Shown in pieces: positions 1 to 12,263 of a stretch of 64,000 nucleotides of DNA. The notes beneath the pieces were generated by a model that saw nothing but the letters and a program-made list of their open reading frames with translations, did not search any database and was not told the DNA's origin. The position numbers and the translations under genes were made by a program. The first letter of the stretch is position 1. Every line of letters starts with the position of its first letter. The stretch covers positions 6,801 through 70,800 of the forward strand of contig JAJZRS010000010.1 in the NCBI GenBank assembly GCA_021802545.1, written 5' to 3'. The DNA is from Pseudomonadota bacterium (GTDB taxonomy: Bacteria; Pseudomonadota; Gammaproteobacteria; Burkholderiales; JABEVD01).

Positions 1-654
1 GTCGCGCCCCAGGGAATAATGCTTGTTGAAGGGATCGTAATTCATGCCGACCAGATCCTCGACTTCGAGCCCGTACCTCCGCGCGTGTCGCGCGAGCTCG
101 GAGGGCTTGATGAATTTCGCATAGTCGTGCGTGCCGCGCGGCAGCATGCTGAGCAGGTATTCGGCGCCGAGGACGGCGTAAAGATAGGATTTCGGGTTCC
201 TGTTCAAGGTGGAAAAGAACACATGCCCGCCGGGTTTGACCAGGGCTGCGCACGATGCGACGATGCTTGCAGGATCGGGCACATGCTCGAGCATCTCCAT
301 GCAGGTCACGATGTCGTAATGATGGGGGCGCTCGAGCGCGAATTCCTCGACAGGCTTCCTCACATATTCGACTTCCAGCCCGCTCTCGAAAAGGTGCAGT
401 TTCGCGACGTTGAGCGCCTTTTCCGCCATGTCGATTCCCGTCACTTTCGCGCCTCTTCCCGCCATCGACTCTGAAAGGATCCCTCCCCCGCAGCCGACGT
501 CGAGGACAGTCTTGCCTTGAAGGGCAGCGTTCCTGTCGACGTAGTCGAGCCTCAACGGATTGATGTCGTGAAGCGGCTTGAATTCACCGTTTCTGTCCCA
601 CCAGTGGTGGGCATTGTGGCTGAATTTCTCTATTTCGATCTGATCAACGTTCAT
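1..654 (-). CDS. ubiG: Ubiquinone biosynthesis O-methyltransferase UbiG (C-terminus runs off the window)
   Basis: Own minus-strand translation from ATG at 654: [52 protein letters not shown] (SAM-binding motif)..[11 protein letters not shown]. Absent from ORF track because no stop lies inside the window. ATGA overlap with stop of upstream gene (651-653). Confidence 0.85.
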   Translation of the reverse strand, partial: MNVDQIEIEKFSHNAHHWWDRNGEFKPLHDINPLRLDYVDRNAALQGKTVLDVGCGGGILSESMAGRGAKVTGIDMAEKALNVAKLHLFESGLEVEYVRKPVEEFALERPHHYDIVTCMEMLEHVPDPASIVASCAALVKPGGHVFFSTLNRNPKSYLYAVLGAEYLLSMLPRGTHDYAKFIKPSELARHARRYGLEVEDLVGMNYDPFNKHYSLGRD

Positions 655-2009
655 GTCGCCCCTCCTTGCGCGATTTTTTCCTTCCACCAGGCCGCCTTGG
701 CGACCAATGCAGCCTCGTCGAGGGACACAAGCTTCCCGTCCTCGACAGCAATTTCTCCTTCCACCCAGACATGGCTGACATGCTCCCTGCCCGTGCAGTA
801 CACGATGTGCGATATGGGGTCGTATACGGGCGAGAGCTCTGCGCCAGAGAGCTCGATGGCGATCATGTCGGCAAGCTTGCCTTTTTCGAGCGAGCCGATC
901 TCGTTCTCCATGCCCAGCGCAGCCGCGCCGCCCAGGGTGGCCATTTCGAGCGCGCGCATCGCAGGCAAAGCCTCCGCCTTGCCGCTCACCCCCTTCGCAA
1001 GCAATGCTGCGAGCCTCAATTCGGAGAGCATGTCCGAGCGGTTGTTGCTCGCAGCCCCGTCCGTGCCGAGCGCGACATTGATTCTTGCATCCATCAATTC
1101 ATTGACTGGAGCCAGTCCGCTGGCGAGCTTCAGGTTCGAGGTCGGGCAGTGGACGACATGGCATCCCTGCACGGCCAGCATTTCGATTTCTTCCCTGTCC
1201 GCATGAACCATGTGCACCGCGATGAGATTGGGTCCCAAAAGCCCGAGCCTGGAAAGCCGCTTCACGGGCCCCATGCCGTGCTTCTCCATGCTCTCCTTCA
1301 CTTCGTGCATGGTCTCGTTCAGATGGATATGGATGGGCAGATCCAGCTCTTCCGCATAGGTCAGCACCTTGGAAAAAGACTTGTCGCTCACCGTGTAGGG
1401 GGCGTGCGGGGCGAAGAAGAAGGAAAGACGGGAATCGCTCCCGTGCTCGTCGCGCGCTTGCAGCCCCTTGGCGAGGTAATCGTCGCAGTCGGAAGCGTAG
1501 GGGGTGGAAAAATCGAACACGACCATGCCGATCGCAGCGCGCATGCCGGCTTCCTTCGCAGCGCGCGCTGCCGCCTCGGGATGGAAATACATGTCATTGA
1601 AGGTGGTGGTTCCCCCCTTCAGCATCTCTGCGCAGGCGAGCTTCGTCCCGTCATAGACGAATTCGCTGCCGACATGCTTCTTCTCGGCGGGCCAGACATG
1701 ATCGGAGAGCCATTCCATCAGGGGAAGGTCGTCGGCCATGCCGCGCATCAGCGCCATGGCTGCATGGGTATGCGCATTGACGAATCCAGGAAGGAGCGCA
1801 TGGTTCCTGAGCACGTATTGTTTCTTCGGCGAATAGAGGCGGTGCGCGTCGACGGTCGGCAGGACAGCCAGAATCCTCCCGCGGTGAACTGCGACGGAAT
1901 GGCTTTCGAGAGCGCCTTCAGGCTCGACCGGGATCACCCACCTCGCTTCGACCAGCAAATCGATCTGTTCGGGCATGAATAGAACCTGGAGGGGCCGTTT
2001 CCGGAACAC
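651..2009 (-). CDS. Amidohydrolase, TRZ/ATZ (MtaD-like methylthioadenosine/SAH deaminase) family
   Basis: 452-aa ORF with the amidohydrolase metal motif [12 protein letters not shown], then HLNET and [10 protein letters not shown] more likely start is [13 protein letters not shown] at 1976. Confidence 0.8.
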   Translation of the reverse strand: MFRKRPLQVLFMPEQIDLLVEARWVIPVEPEGALESHSVAVHRGRILAVLPTVDAHRLYSPKKQYVLRNHALLPGFVNAHTHAAMALMRGMADDLPLMEWLSDHVWPAEKKHVGSEFVYDGTKLACAEMLKGGTTTFNDMYFHPEAAARAAKEAGMRAAIGMVVFDFSTPYASDCDDYLAKGLQARDEHGSDSRLSFFFAPHAPYTVSDKSFSKVLTYAEELDLPIHIHLNETMHEVKESMEKHGMGPVKRLSRLGLLGPNLIAVHMVHADREEIEMLAVQGCHVVHCPTSNLKLASGLAPVNELMDARINVALGTDGAASNNRSDMLSELRLAALLAKGVSGKAEALPAMRALEMATLGGAAALGMENEIGSLEKGKLADMIAIELSGAELSPVYDPISHIVYCTGREHVSHVWVEGEIAVEDGKLVSLDEAALVAKAAWWKEKIAQGGAT

Positions 2010-2120
2010 TTAAAGTGGCCATCATAACATAAAAAAACGTGCATGCAATTTGGTGCGGCTGGTGTTAGAATCGAGGATTGATTCGAGACCGAAACATAAT
2101 AAATCAAGATCCTGCAGTCG

Positions 2121-4648
<2,528 letters not shown>

Positions 4649-4652
<4 letters not shown>

Positions 4653-5716
4653 GGGTTTACAATTTCAGCGCAGGTCCCGCGGTATTGCCCGAGGAAGTCC
4701 TTGAAATCGCCCAGCGCGAGATGATCGACTGGCACGGCTCCGGCATGTCGGTCATGGAAATGAGCCACCGAGGCAAGGAATTCATGGGCATCGCCGCCGA
4801 GACGGAAGCGGATCTCAGGGAGCTCCTTTCCATCCCCCAGAACTACAAGGTGCTTTTCCTCCAGGGCGGCGCATCCGCCCAGTTCTCGATGATTCCGATG
4901 AATCTCTTGAGGGGAAAGACCTCGGCCGACTACGTCAACACGGGCGAATGGTCGAAGAAGGCGATCAAGGAAGCCAAGAAATATTGCACCGTGAACATCG
5001 CGGCAAGCTCGGAGGACAGGAACTTCACCTATGCGCCCAAGGAACTGAAGCTCGACAGACAAGCGGCCTATGTCCATTACACCCCCAACGAGACGATAGG
5101 CGGCGTCGAATTCGGCTGGGTTCCCGAGACGGGAGACGTGCCGCTGGTTGCGGACATGTCGTCCAACATCCTCTCCAGGCGCATCGACGTATCGAAATAC
5201 GGCCTCATCTATGCGGGCGCGCAGAAGAATATCGGGCCCGCCGGGCTCACCATCGTGATCGTCAGGGAAGACCTGATCGGCAACCCGCTGGCCGGCATCC
5301 CGACGATGCTAGACTACAAGATCCATGCCGACAACGAGTCGATGTACAACACCCCGCCGACCTACGGCATCTACATTGCCGGGCTCGTCTTCAAATGGCT
5401 GAAGCAGAACGGCGGGTTGGACGCGATGGAGAAGAAGAACATCGAAAAGGCGAATGTCCTCTACGATTACCTCGACAAGAGCGAATTCTTCGTGAGCCCG
5501 GTAGCTGTTGATGACCGTTCCAGGATGAACGTACCCTTCACCCTCAAGGACGCATCGCGCGACGAGGAATTTTTGAAGGGCGCGAAAGCCAGGAACATGG
5601 TCCAGCTGAAAGGCCATCGTTCGGTGGGCGGCATGCGCGCATCGATCTACAATGCCATGCCGATCGAGGGAGTGCGCGCGCTCGTCGAATACATGAAGGA
5701 ATTCGAGCATGCCTGA
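4649..5716 (+). CDS. serC: Phosphoserine aminotransferase
   Basis: 355-aa [30 protein letters not shown] typical of SerC. ATGA overlap with gyrA stop. Confidence 0.95.
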
Positions 5717-6884
5717 CAGGCGCAAGGTCCTCACCCTGAACTCGATCTCCTCCCTCGGGCTGGAGCGCTTTTCGTCCGACCGCTATCAGGTCGGCTCGAA
5801 GGTCGATCAGCCCGAGGCCATCCTGCTGCGCTCGTTCAAGATGCACGACATGGAAATTCCCTCCTCCGTGCTCGCAGTCGGGCGCGCAGGCGCGGGAACG
5901 AACAACATCCCCGTCCCGAAAATGACGGAAAGAGGCATCCCTGTCTTCAACACGCCAGGGGCGAACGCCAATGCGGTGAAGGAGCTCGTGCTCGCCGCTA
6001 TGCTGATGGGCGCGAGGAACCTGATTCCGGCGATCAAATTCGCCGATGGTCTTCAAGGTGAAGACATCGGAAAGCAGGTCGAGGAAGGCAAGAAGGCCTA
6101 CGCCGGTTCCGAGCTCCCCGGGCACACCCTGGGCATCATCGGGCTCGGCGCGATCGGCAGGCTGGTGGCGGACGCAGCGATCAGGCTCGGCATGAAGGTC
6201 AAGGGCTACGACCCTGAAATCACGGTCGATGCAGCATGGAGCCTGCCCTCCCAGGTCACCCGGGCCTACAGCATCGAAGACCTCTTGAAGGGCAGCGATT
6301 TCGTCTCGCTGCACATCCCGCTGCTCGATTCGACCCGGAACCTGATCGACGAGGCGCGCATCGCATCGATGAAGAAAGGCGCGATCTTGCTCAATTTCGC
6401 GCGAGAAGGCATCGTCGACGAGGATGCGGTGATCGGGGCGGTCCAATCAGGAAAGCTCAAATCCTACATCTGCGACTTCCCGAGCGCGAAGCTGAAAGGC
6501 CAGCCGAACATCGTGACGCTTCCCCATCTTGGCGCATCCACGAAGGAAGCCGAGGACAACTGCGCGATCATGGTCGCAGACCAGGTCATGGACTACCTCG
6601 AGAACGGCAACATCCGCAACACGGTGAATTTCCCGAACATCGAGATGCCCAGGGAATCCGCATTCAGGATTGCGATCGTGAACGCCAACGTGCCCAACAT
6701 GCTCGGCCAGATATCGACCGCATTCGCGGAGAGCGGCATCAACATCCACAACATGGCGAACAAGTCCCGCGGCGAGATCGCCTATACCCTCGTCGACATC
6801 GACTCCCCTTCTTCCGATGCGCTGCTCGACAAGATCGCGTCCATTCCAGGCGTGGTCAGGGTCAGGGACCTGACTCAGAAATGA
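5709..6884 (+). CDS. D-3-phosphoglycerate dehydrogenase-like 2-hydroxyacid dehydrogenase with C-terminal ACT-like domain
   Basis: 391-aa ORF. NAD-binding [13 protein letters not shown] and catalytic-region LPHLGAST. The C-terminal ~80 aa resemble an ACT domain. Overlaps the serC stop by 8 nt. Confidence 0.8.
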   Translation: MPDRRKVLTLNSISSLGLERFSSDRYQVGSKVDQPEAILLRSFKMHDMEIPSSVLAVGRAGAGTNNIPVPKMTERGIPVFNTPGANANAVKELVLAAMLMGARNLIPAIKFADGLQGEDIGKQVEEGKKAYAGSELPGHTLGIIGLGAIGRLVADAAIRLGMKVKGYDPEITVDAAWSLPSQVTRAYSIEDLLKGSDFVSLHIPLLDSTRNLIDEARIASMKKGAILLNFAREGIVDEDAVIGAVQSGKLKSYICDFPSAKLKGQPNIVTLPHLGASTKEAEDNCAIMVADQVMDYLENGNIRNTVNFPNIEMPRESAFRIAIVNANVPNMLGQISTAFAESGINIHNMANKSRGEIAYTLVDIDSPSSDALLDKIASIPGVVRVRDLTQK

Positions 6885-7942
6885 GCGATGACGCCCTGAA
6901 AAGGCTGAGGGAGGCGATCGATTCGATCGACCTCGACATCCTCGCGCTCGTCAGCCGGCGCGCCGAGCACGCGCGCGAAATAGGCAGAATCAAGAGCGGC
7001 GCGATCTACAGGCCCGAGCGGGAAGCCCAGGTGCTGAGAAGGCTCAGGGAAAAGAATCCCGGCCCTCTTTCCGACGATTCGATCACGCGCCTTTTCGTCG
7101 AGATCATCTCGGCATGCAGGGCGCTCGAGGAAGGATTGAGAATCGCCTATCTCGGGCCTGAAGGCACATTCACCCAGCAGGCGGCGCACAAGCATTTCGG
7201 CCACGAATCCAGGACCCTTCCCTGCCCCTCGATCGACGATATCTTCAGGGAAATCGAATCAGGAAATGCGGACTATGGCGTCGTTCCGGTCGAGAACACG
7301 ACAGGCGGCTCGATCCCGAGGACGCTCGACCTGCTCCTCAAGTCCCCCCTCAAGATCTGCAGCGAAGTGCTGCTCAGGGTCCACCAGAACCTGCTGGGCC
7401 GCGACATGGCAAACATCAAGCGAATCTATTCCAAGGACCAGTCGCTTGCGCAGTGCCACGAATGGCTCAATGCGAACCTGCCCCAGGCCGAGCGCATTGC
7501 CGTGGCGAGCAATGCCGAAGGCGCAAGGCTTGCCTCAATGGAAGAAAATTCGGCCGCGATCGGGCCGGAAGCTGCAGCCGAAGTCTACAAGCTTCAGCTG
7601 CTCGCGAAGAACATCGAGGACGAGCCCAACAACACGACGCGCTTCCTGGTGATAGGCAGGGAAGACGCACCGCCTTCGGGATGCGACAAGACGTCCCTGG
7701 CCTTCTCCGCGAAGAACAAGCCCGGCGCAGTTCACGAGCTGATTTCGCCGTTCGCCCGGTATGGCGTGGACATGACGAGATTCGAGTCGCGCCCTGCCGG
7801 AACGGGTCTCTGGGAATACGTCTTCTTCGTCGACATCGAAGGCCACCAGAGCGACCCCAACGTGGCAAAATCGCTTCTTGAGCTCGAGGCAGCTTCCGCC
7901 TTTCTGAAAATATTCGGCTCCTATCCTGCGGCATCCTGCTGA
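6881..7942 (+). CDS. pheA: Bifunctional chorismate mutase / prephenate dehydratase (P-protein)
   Basis: In-frame ATG at 6881 (ATGA overlap with preceding stop) gives [35 protein letters not shown] (chorismate mutase). This is followed by the prephenate dehydratase and ACT regions (TRFLVIG, ESRP). The longer track ORF from 6236 overlaps the upstream gene and is rejected. Confidence 0.92.
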   Translation: MSDDALKRLREAIDSIDLDILALVSRRAEHAREIGRIKSGAIYRPEREAQVLRRLREKNPGPLSDDSITRLFVEIISACRALEEGLRIAYLGPEGTFTQQAAHKHFGHESRTLPCPSIDDIFREIESGNADYGVVPVENTTGGSIPRTLDLLLKSPLKICSEVLLRVHQNLLGRDMANIKRIYSKDQSLAQCHEWLNANLPQAERIAVASNAEGARLASMEENSAAIGPEAAAEVYKLQLLAKNIEDEPNNTTRFLVIGREDAPPSGCDKTSLAFSAKNKPGAVHELISPFARYGVDMTRFESRPAGTGLWEYVFFVDIEGHQSDPNVAKSLLELEAASAFLKIFGSYPAASC

Positions 7943-7949
7943 GTTCGAC

Positions 7950-9044
7950 ATGGACATCTGCGAAATCACCCCATCCCACATCCGGACCATTTCACCCTAT
8001 GCACCGGGAAAACCCATATCGGAGCTCGAGCGCGAACTGGGGCTGAAGGACATCGTCAAGCTCGCATCGAATGAGAATCCGCTCGGGACGAGTCCCAAGG
8101 CATTGAAGGCCGCCCAGGATGCGCTCATGGACGCCTCGCGCTATCCGGACGGGAACGGCTTCGAACTGAAGGCCGCGATATCCGACAGGTACGGCGTGCA
8201 AGTCGAATCGATCGTGCTCGGCAACGGCTCGAACGACCTGCTCGAACTCGCCGCCCGCGCCTTCCTCGAACCCGGGCTTTCCGCCGTTTATTCGAAGCAT
8301 GCCTTTGCCGTCTATGCGCTCGCCGTCCTCGCCGTGGGGGCACAAGGCATCGAGACCGAAGCGAAACACTGGGGGCATGACCTGGACCTCATGCTGGCCA
8401 ATGTAGCAAAGGACACGCGCGTCGTGTTCATCGCCAACCCCAACAATCCCACGGGAACATTGCTTTCGAAGGCAGAAATCGAATCGTTTTTGAAAAGACT
8501 GCCTTCTTCGGTCGTCGTCGTGCTGGATGAAGCCTACAACGAATACCTGCCGGAAGGGATGGATACGGAAAGCGTGAAATGGCTCTCGCAATTCCCCAAC
8601 CTGATCATCACCCGCACTTTCTCCAAGGCATACGGTCTTGCCGGGCTCAGGGTGGGATTCGCGCTTGCCAATCCGGAGCTTGCCGACATGATGAACAGGG
8701 TCAGGCAGCCTTTCAATGTCAACAGCATCGCGCAGGCCGCTTCGATCGCTGCCCTCACCGACACTGCCTTTCTCGAGCAAAGCAGGGAAGTGAATTTTTC
8801 GGGGATGGAACAGATCATCGAAGGATTGAACAGGCTCGGGCTCGAGCACATCCCTTCCTTCGGCAATTTCCTCACCTTCCATGTCGGAAATGCGGGGGAA
8901 ATCTACCAGAAGCTGCTGAGGCTCGGCGTCATCGTGAGGCCGATTGCGGGATACGCCATGCCTGAGCACCTCAGGGTCAGCATCGGACTCGAACACGAAA
9001 ACGAAAAATTTTTGAAAGCCCTCGAGCGGGCCATCGGAGCATGA
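7950..9044 (+). CDS. hisC: Histidinol-phosphate / aromatic aminotransferase
   Basis: 364-aa ORF. NENPLG, the PLP-lysine region RTFSKAYGLAGLRVG, and the typical position after pheA. Confidence 0.9.
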   Translation: MDICEITPSHIRTISPYAPGKPISELERELGLKDIVKLASNENPLGTSPKALKAAQDALMDASRYPDGNGFELKAAISDRYGVQVESIVLGNGSNDLLELAARAFLEPGLSAVYSKHAFAVYALAVLAVGAQGIETEAKHWGHDLDLMLANVAKDTRVVFIANPNNPTGTLLSKAEIESFLKRLPSSVVVVLDEAYNEYLPEGMDTESVKWLSQFPNLIITRTFSKAYGLAGLRVGFALANPELADMMNRVRQPFNVNSIAQAASIAALTDTAFLEQSREVNFSGMEQIIEGLNRLGLEHIPSFGNFLTFHVGNAGEIYQKLLRLGVIVRPIAGYAMPEHLRVSIGLEHENEKFLKALERAIGA

Positions 9045-9045
9045 A

Positions 9046-10062
9046 ATGATCATAGTGATGGGCAAGGACGTCACCGACGCCGAAATCGGCGCGGTGGTCA
9101 AGAAACTGGAATCGGCGGGACTGCAGGCCAACATCTCCCGCGGCATAGAGCGCACCGTGATCGGTGCTATAGGAGACGAGCGCAGTCTCGATCCCGAAAT
9201 GTTCACTCCGCTGCCTGGCGTCGAGTCGGCGATGCACATCGCCAAGCAGTACAAGATCGTCTCGCGCGAGTCGCACAAGGAAAGCACGGTCATCGACATA
9301 GCGGGCGTTCCCCTGGGCGGCAAGACCGTCCAGATCATCGCCGGTCCCTGCTCTGTCGAAACCCAGGAGCAGATGGATCTTTCCGCCCAATACGTATTCG
9401 AGGCGGGCTGCAGGCTGATGCGCGGCGGCGCCTTCAAGCCGAGGACAAGCCCCTACACCTTCCAGGGCAAGGGCAAGGAAGGCCTAGACATCTTCCGTTC
9501 TGCAGCAAGCAAGCACAAGCTCCCCATCGTCACCGAACTGATGGACATCCGCATGCTGGACACCTTCCTCGAATACGATGTGGACGTCATCCAGATCGGC
9601 ACGCGCAACATGCAGAACTTCGATCTCCTGAAGGAAGTCGGGCGCATCAACAAGCCAGTCATCCTGAAGCGCGGCATGTCGGCGACCATTTCCGAATGGC
9701 TGATGGCCGCCGAATACATCGCGGCGGGCGGAAACCACAACATCATCTTCTGCGAGCGCGGCATCAGGACCTTCGAAACCTATTACCGCAACGTGCTCGA
9801 CGTCACGGCGATTCCCGTACTGAAGCGCGAAACCCATCTTCCCGTGATCGTCGATCCTTCCCATGCGGGCGGAAAGGCATGGATGGTCCCGGCGCTCTCG
9901 AGAGCAGCGGTCGCGGCAGGCGCTGACGGACTGCTCGTCGAGATGCATCCCAATCCGTGCGAAGCATGGTGCGACGCCGACCAGGCCTTGAACCCCAATG
10001 AGCTCAAGGACCTGATGGGCACTTTGAAGCTGATCGCCCAGGCAATAGGGCGGGATATCTAG
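9046..10062 (+). CDS. 3-deoxy-7-phosphoheptulonate (DAHP) synthase, type I-beta with N-terminal regulatory domain
   Basis: 338-aa ORF. A small N-terminal ferredoxin-like domain is followed by IIAGPCSVE and MRGGAFKPRTSPY, as in KDO8P/DAHP-synthase type I-beta enzymes. Confidence 0.87.
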   Translation: MIIVMGKDVTDAEIGAVVKKLESAGLQANISRGIERTVIGAIGDERSLDPEMFTPLPGVESAMHIAKQYKIVSRESHKESTVIDIAGVPLGGKTVQIIAGPCSVETQEQMDLSAQYVFEAGCRLMRGGAFKPRTSPYTFQGKGKEGLDIFRSAASKHKLPIVTELMDIRMLDTFLEYDVDVIQIGTRNMQNFDLLKEVGRINKPVILKRGMSATISEWLMAAEYIAAGGNHNIIFCERGIRTFETYYRNVLDVTAIPVLKRETHLPVIVDPSHAGGKAWMVPALSRAAVAAGADGLLVEMHPNPCEAWCDADQALNPNELKDLMGTLKLIAQAIGRDI

Positions 10063-10064
10063 GC

Positions 10065-10499
10065 ATGGAAGGCGGCTTCTCGGTCGAACTCGAAGAGATC
10101 GGGAACTACAGGTTCAGGGTTGATTTCGGCAATTCAGAACTCATCGTCGACGAGCCGCCCCCCCTGGGGGAAGGCGCAGGTCCCAATGCATCCAGGATGC
10201 TCGCTGCGGCCGTTGCGAACTGCCTCTCCGCGAGCCTGGTGTTCTGCCTCAGGAAATTCAAGAACGAAGTGACGGGCATCAGGACGAAGGCTTCCGGCAC
10301 CCTGGTCAGGAACGAAAAGGGAAGGCTCAGGATCGGCAGCATGGACGTCGAAATCAGGCTTGATGCGGATTACGATCATCTGGACAGATGCCTGTTGCAG
10401 TTCGAGGATTTCTGCGTCGTCACGGCGAGCGTGAGGCAGGGCATTCCCGTATCGGTCAGGGTTTTCGGCAAGGAAGGGAATCTTCTCCATGAAAGCTGA
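10065..10499 (+). CDS. OsmC/Ohr family protein
   Basis: 144-aa ORF. GPNASRMLAAAVANCLSASLVFCL and the C-terminal FCVVTASV match the two-Cys OsmC layout. Confidence 0.72.
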   Translation: MEGGFSVELEEIGNYRFRVDFGNSELIVDEPPPLGEGAGPNASRMLAAAVANCLSASLVFCLRKFKNEVTGIRTKASGTLVRNEKGRLRIGSMDVEIRLDADYDHLDRCLLQFEDFCVVTASVRQGIPVSVRVFGKEGNLLHES

Positions 10500-11370
10500 A
10501 GCGATTAATTTCGAGATGCGAGCCGTCGCCTTCCTAGACATTCTCGGATTTACAGATTTCGTTCGACAGGCAGAAGACCAGGCATCAGAAGAATATCGAA
10601 CGCTTTGTGAGTTAAAGGCGGTCGTCGAAGCGGAACTGGATGTTTCTGAATTTCATATAAAGCTGAAACCGACCTGTACCTACATCTCGGACAGCATCAT
10701 CCTGTCGGCGCCAGTTTCCAGCGAGGACTACAGCGGGCTTGTCGGCGTTGCGATCAAGTCGATCCAGATAGCGCACCAGCTTCTTGGCATGGGATTTCTT
10801 CTGCGAGGCGGCATATCTGTGGACAAAGCGGCCCACAACGCCAGCAACATCTATGGGTCTGGATATAACAACGCATACGAAACCGAAAAAGACAAGGCCA
10901 TCAACCCGCGGATTCTTCTGGATGAGGAAGCGGCAAAAGTACTCGATAATGACAATGCGTATCAAGGGCGAAAAATTCGTGAGTTATCCACCTTTCTCAA
11001 AGAAGGCGACGACTGGATCGTGGATACCCTGAATCCGCATTCAAGTTATATTGGCGACAATACACAGGATCCATCCAGGCTGTTCGAAGACTACAGAAAT
11101 ATCATTGTTGAAAATCTTCAGAAATTCCCCTTGGGAAATAAAGTACGAGGAAAGTGGGAATGGATGGCTGGCTTTTTCAATGACAGACTGGAACGTTACA
11201 GGGTTGGTATTGGCGATGTAGAGAAAATTGCTTTACCTATGCCGCCCACACATTTTCGACAAGGCGATGCTGACGAAATACCCGATCCTAACTGGATGAG
11301 ACCCTACCATGCTCCGGGCGGCACAGCTAGGATAAACCCAACTCCCGAAAAAAAACCGGGAAAATCATGA
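10489..11370 (+). CDS. Hypothetical protein with nucleotidyl-cyclase / Palm-domain-like motifs (class III cyclase, GGDEF or mCpol-like), unknown C-terminal half
   Basis: 293-aa ORF in a visibly AT-richer stretch. Motifs appear in the order expected for the cyclase/Palm fold: FLDILGFTDF, YISDSIIL, RGGIS, GSGYNNAYETEK. There is an 11-nt overlap with the osmC-like stop and an ATGA overlap with the tyrA start. Confidence 0.5.
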   Translation: MKAEAINFEMRAVAFLDILGFTDFVRQAEDQASEEYRTLCELKAVVEAELDVSEFHIKLKPTCTYISDSIILSAPVSSEDYSGLVGVAIKSIQIAHQLLGMGFLLRGGISVDKAAHNASNIYGSGYNNAYETEKDKAINPRILLDEEAAKVLDNDNAYQGRKIRELSTFLKEGDDWIVDTLNPHSSYIGDNTQDPSRLFEDYRNIIVENLQKFPLGNKVRGKWEWMAGFFNDRLERYRVGIGDVEKIALPMPPTHFRQGDADEIPDPNWMRPYHAPGGTARINPTPEKKPGKS

Positions 11371-12263
11371 CTGAACCAAAACCTCAAAAGATCGTCGTTT
11401 TCGGGGTGGGACTCATCGGCGGCTCCTTTGCGCTCGCGCTGAAGAAGGCAAATGTATCGAGAGAGATTGTCGGTTATTCGCGTACCCAGACGACTCTAGA
11501 TAAAGCCCTACAACTAGGCATTATCGATCGCAAAGGGGGAAAATTTCCCGATGAGTTAAAGGATGCTGATCTAGTGTTGTTGGCCACGCCTGTTGGGCAA
11601 ATGGAAAAGCGTTTGGGCGGTGAATCAGGAATGACGATGGAGATGATAGGTTCCCTTCTTGAACCTCATACCATCGTTATCGATGCAGGAAGCACCAAAA
11701 GTGATGTAGTTAAAATCATGCGAATTATTTTGGGCAAAAGAATAAAGCAGTTCGTCCCAGCGCACCCCATTGCAGGCGCCGAAAAAAGCGGCCCGGCAGC
11801 GGCATACGCAGAGCTTTTCGCAGGGAAAAAGGTCGTCCTGACCCCTCTTCCGGAGAATCCGCCCGAATTCGTCGAAAAGGCAAGAAAAATCTGGGAAGCA
11901 TGCGGCGCCAAGGTCGAGGAAATGAGCCCTGAAGAACACGATCATGTCTTCGCCGCGGTGAGCCATCTCCCCCATCTGCTTTCATTCGCCCTGGTCCACG
12001 ACCTGTCGAACAGGGAAAACCGCGATCAGCTCCTTTCCTTCGCTGCCTCGGGCTTCAGGGATTTCACGCGCATCGCCGCGAGTTCCCCCGAGATGTGGCG
12101 GGACATATGCATGGCCAACCGGGATGCATTGATCAATGAACTCGACCGCTACATGAAGGAACTCGAAGGCATCAGGCAAGCGCTCGATGAACAGGATTCC
12201 GGGATGCTCGAGGAAATCTTCTCGGAGGCCAGACAAGTGAGAAGCAATTGGACCCAGCAATGA
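11367..12263 (+). CDS. tyrA: Prephenate dehydrogenase
   Basis: 298-aa ORF. Rossmann motif [16 protein letters not shown], then DAGSTK, HPIAG and [11 protein letters not shown]. Confidence 0.9.
   Translation: MTEPKPQKIVVFGVGLIGGSFALALKKANVSREIVGYSRTQTTLDKALQLGIIDRKGGKFPDELKDADLVLLATPVGQMEKRLGGESGMTMEMIGSLLEPHTIVIDAGSTKSDVVKIMRIILGKRIKQFVPAHPIAGAEKSGPAAAYAELFAGKKVVLTPLPENPPEFVEKARKIWEACGAKVEEMSPEEHDHVFAAVSHLPHLLSFALVHDLSNRENRDQLLSFAASGFRDFTRIAASSPEMWRDICMANRDALINELDRYMKELEGIRQALDEQDSGMLEEIFSEARQVRSNWTQQ

Noticed and set aside
5855-5866. A third occurrence of CCCTCCTCC, the core of the sRNA motif.
   Set aside because: It lies inside the serA-like coding sequence (encoding ..IPSSV..) with no adjacent hairpin or terminator, so it is treated as coincidence.
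6236-7942. 568-aa version of pheA starting at 6236.
   Set aside because: The first 215 codons overlap the serA-like gene out of frame and read as low-complexity Arg/His/Pro sequence. The chorismate-mutase domain begins at the ATG at 6881, which forms an ATGA junction.
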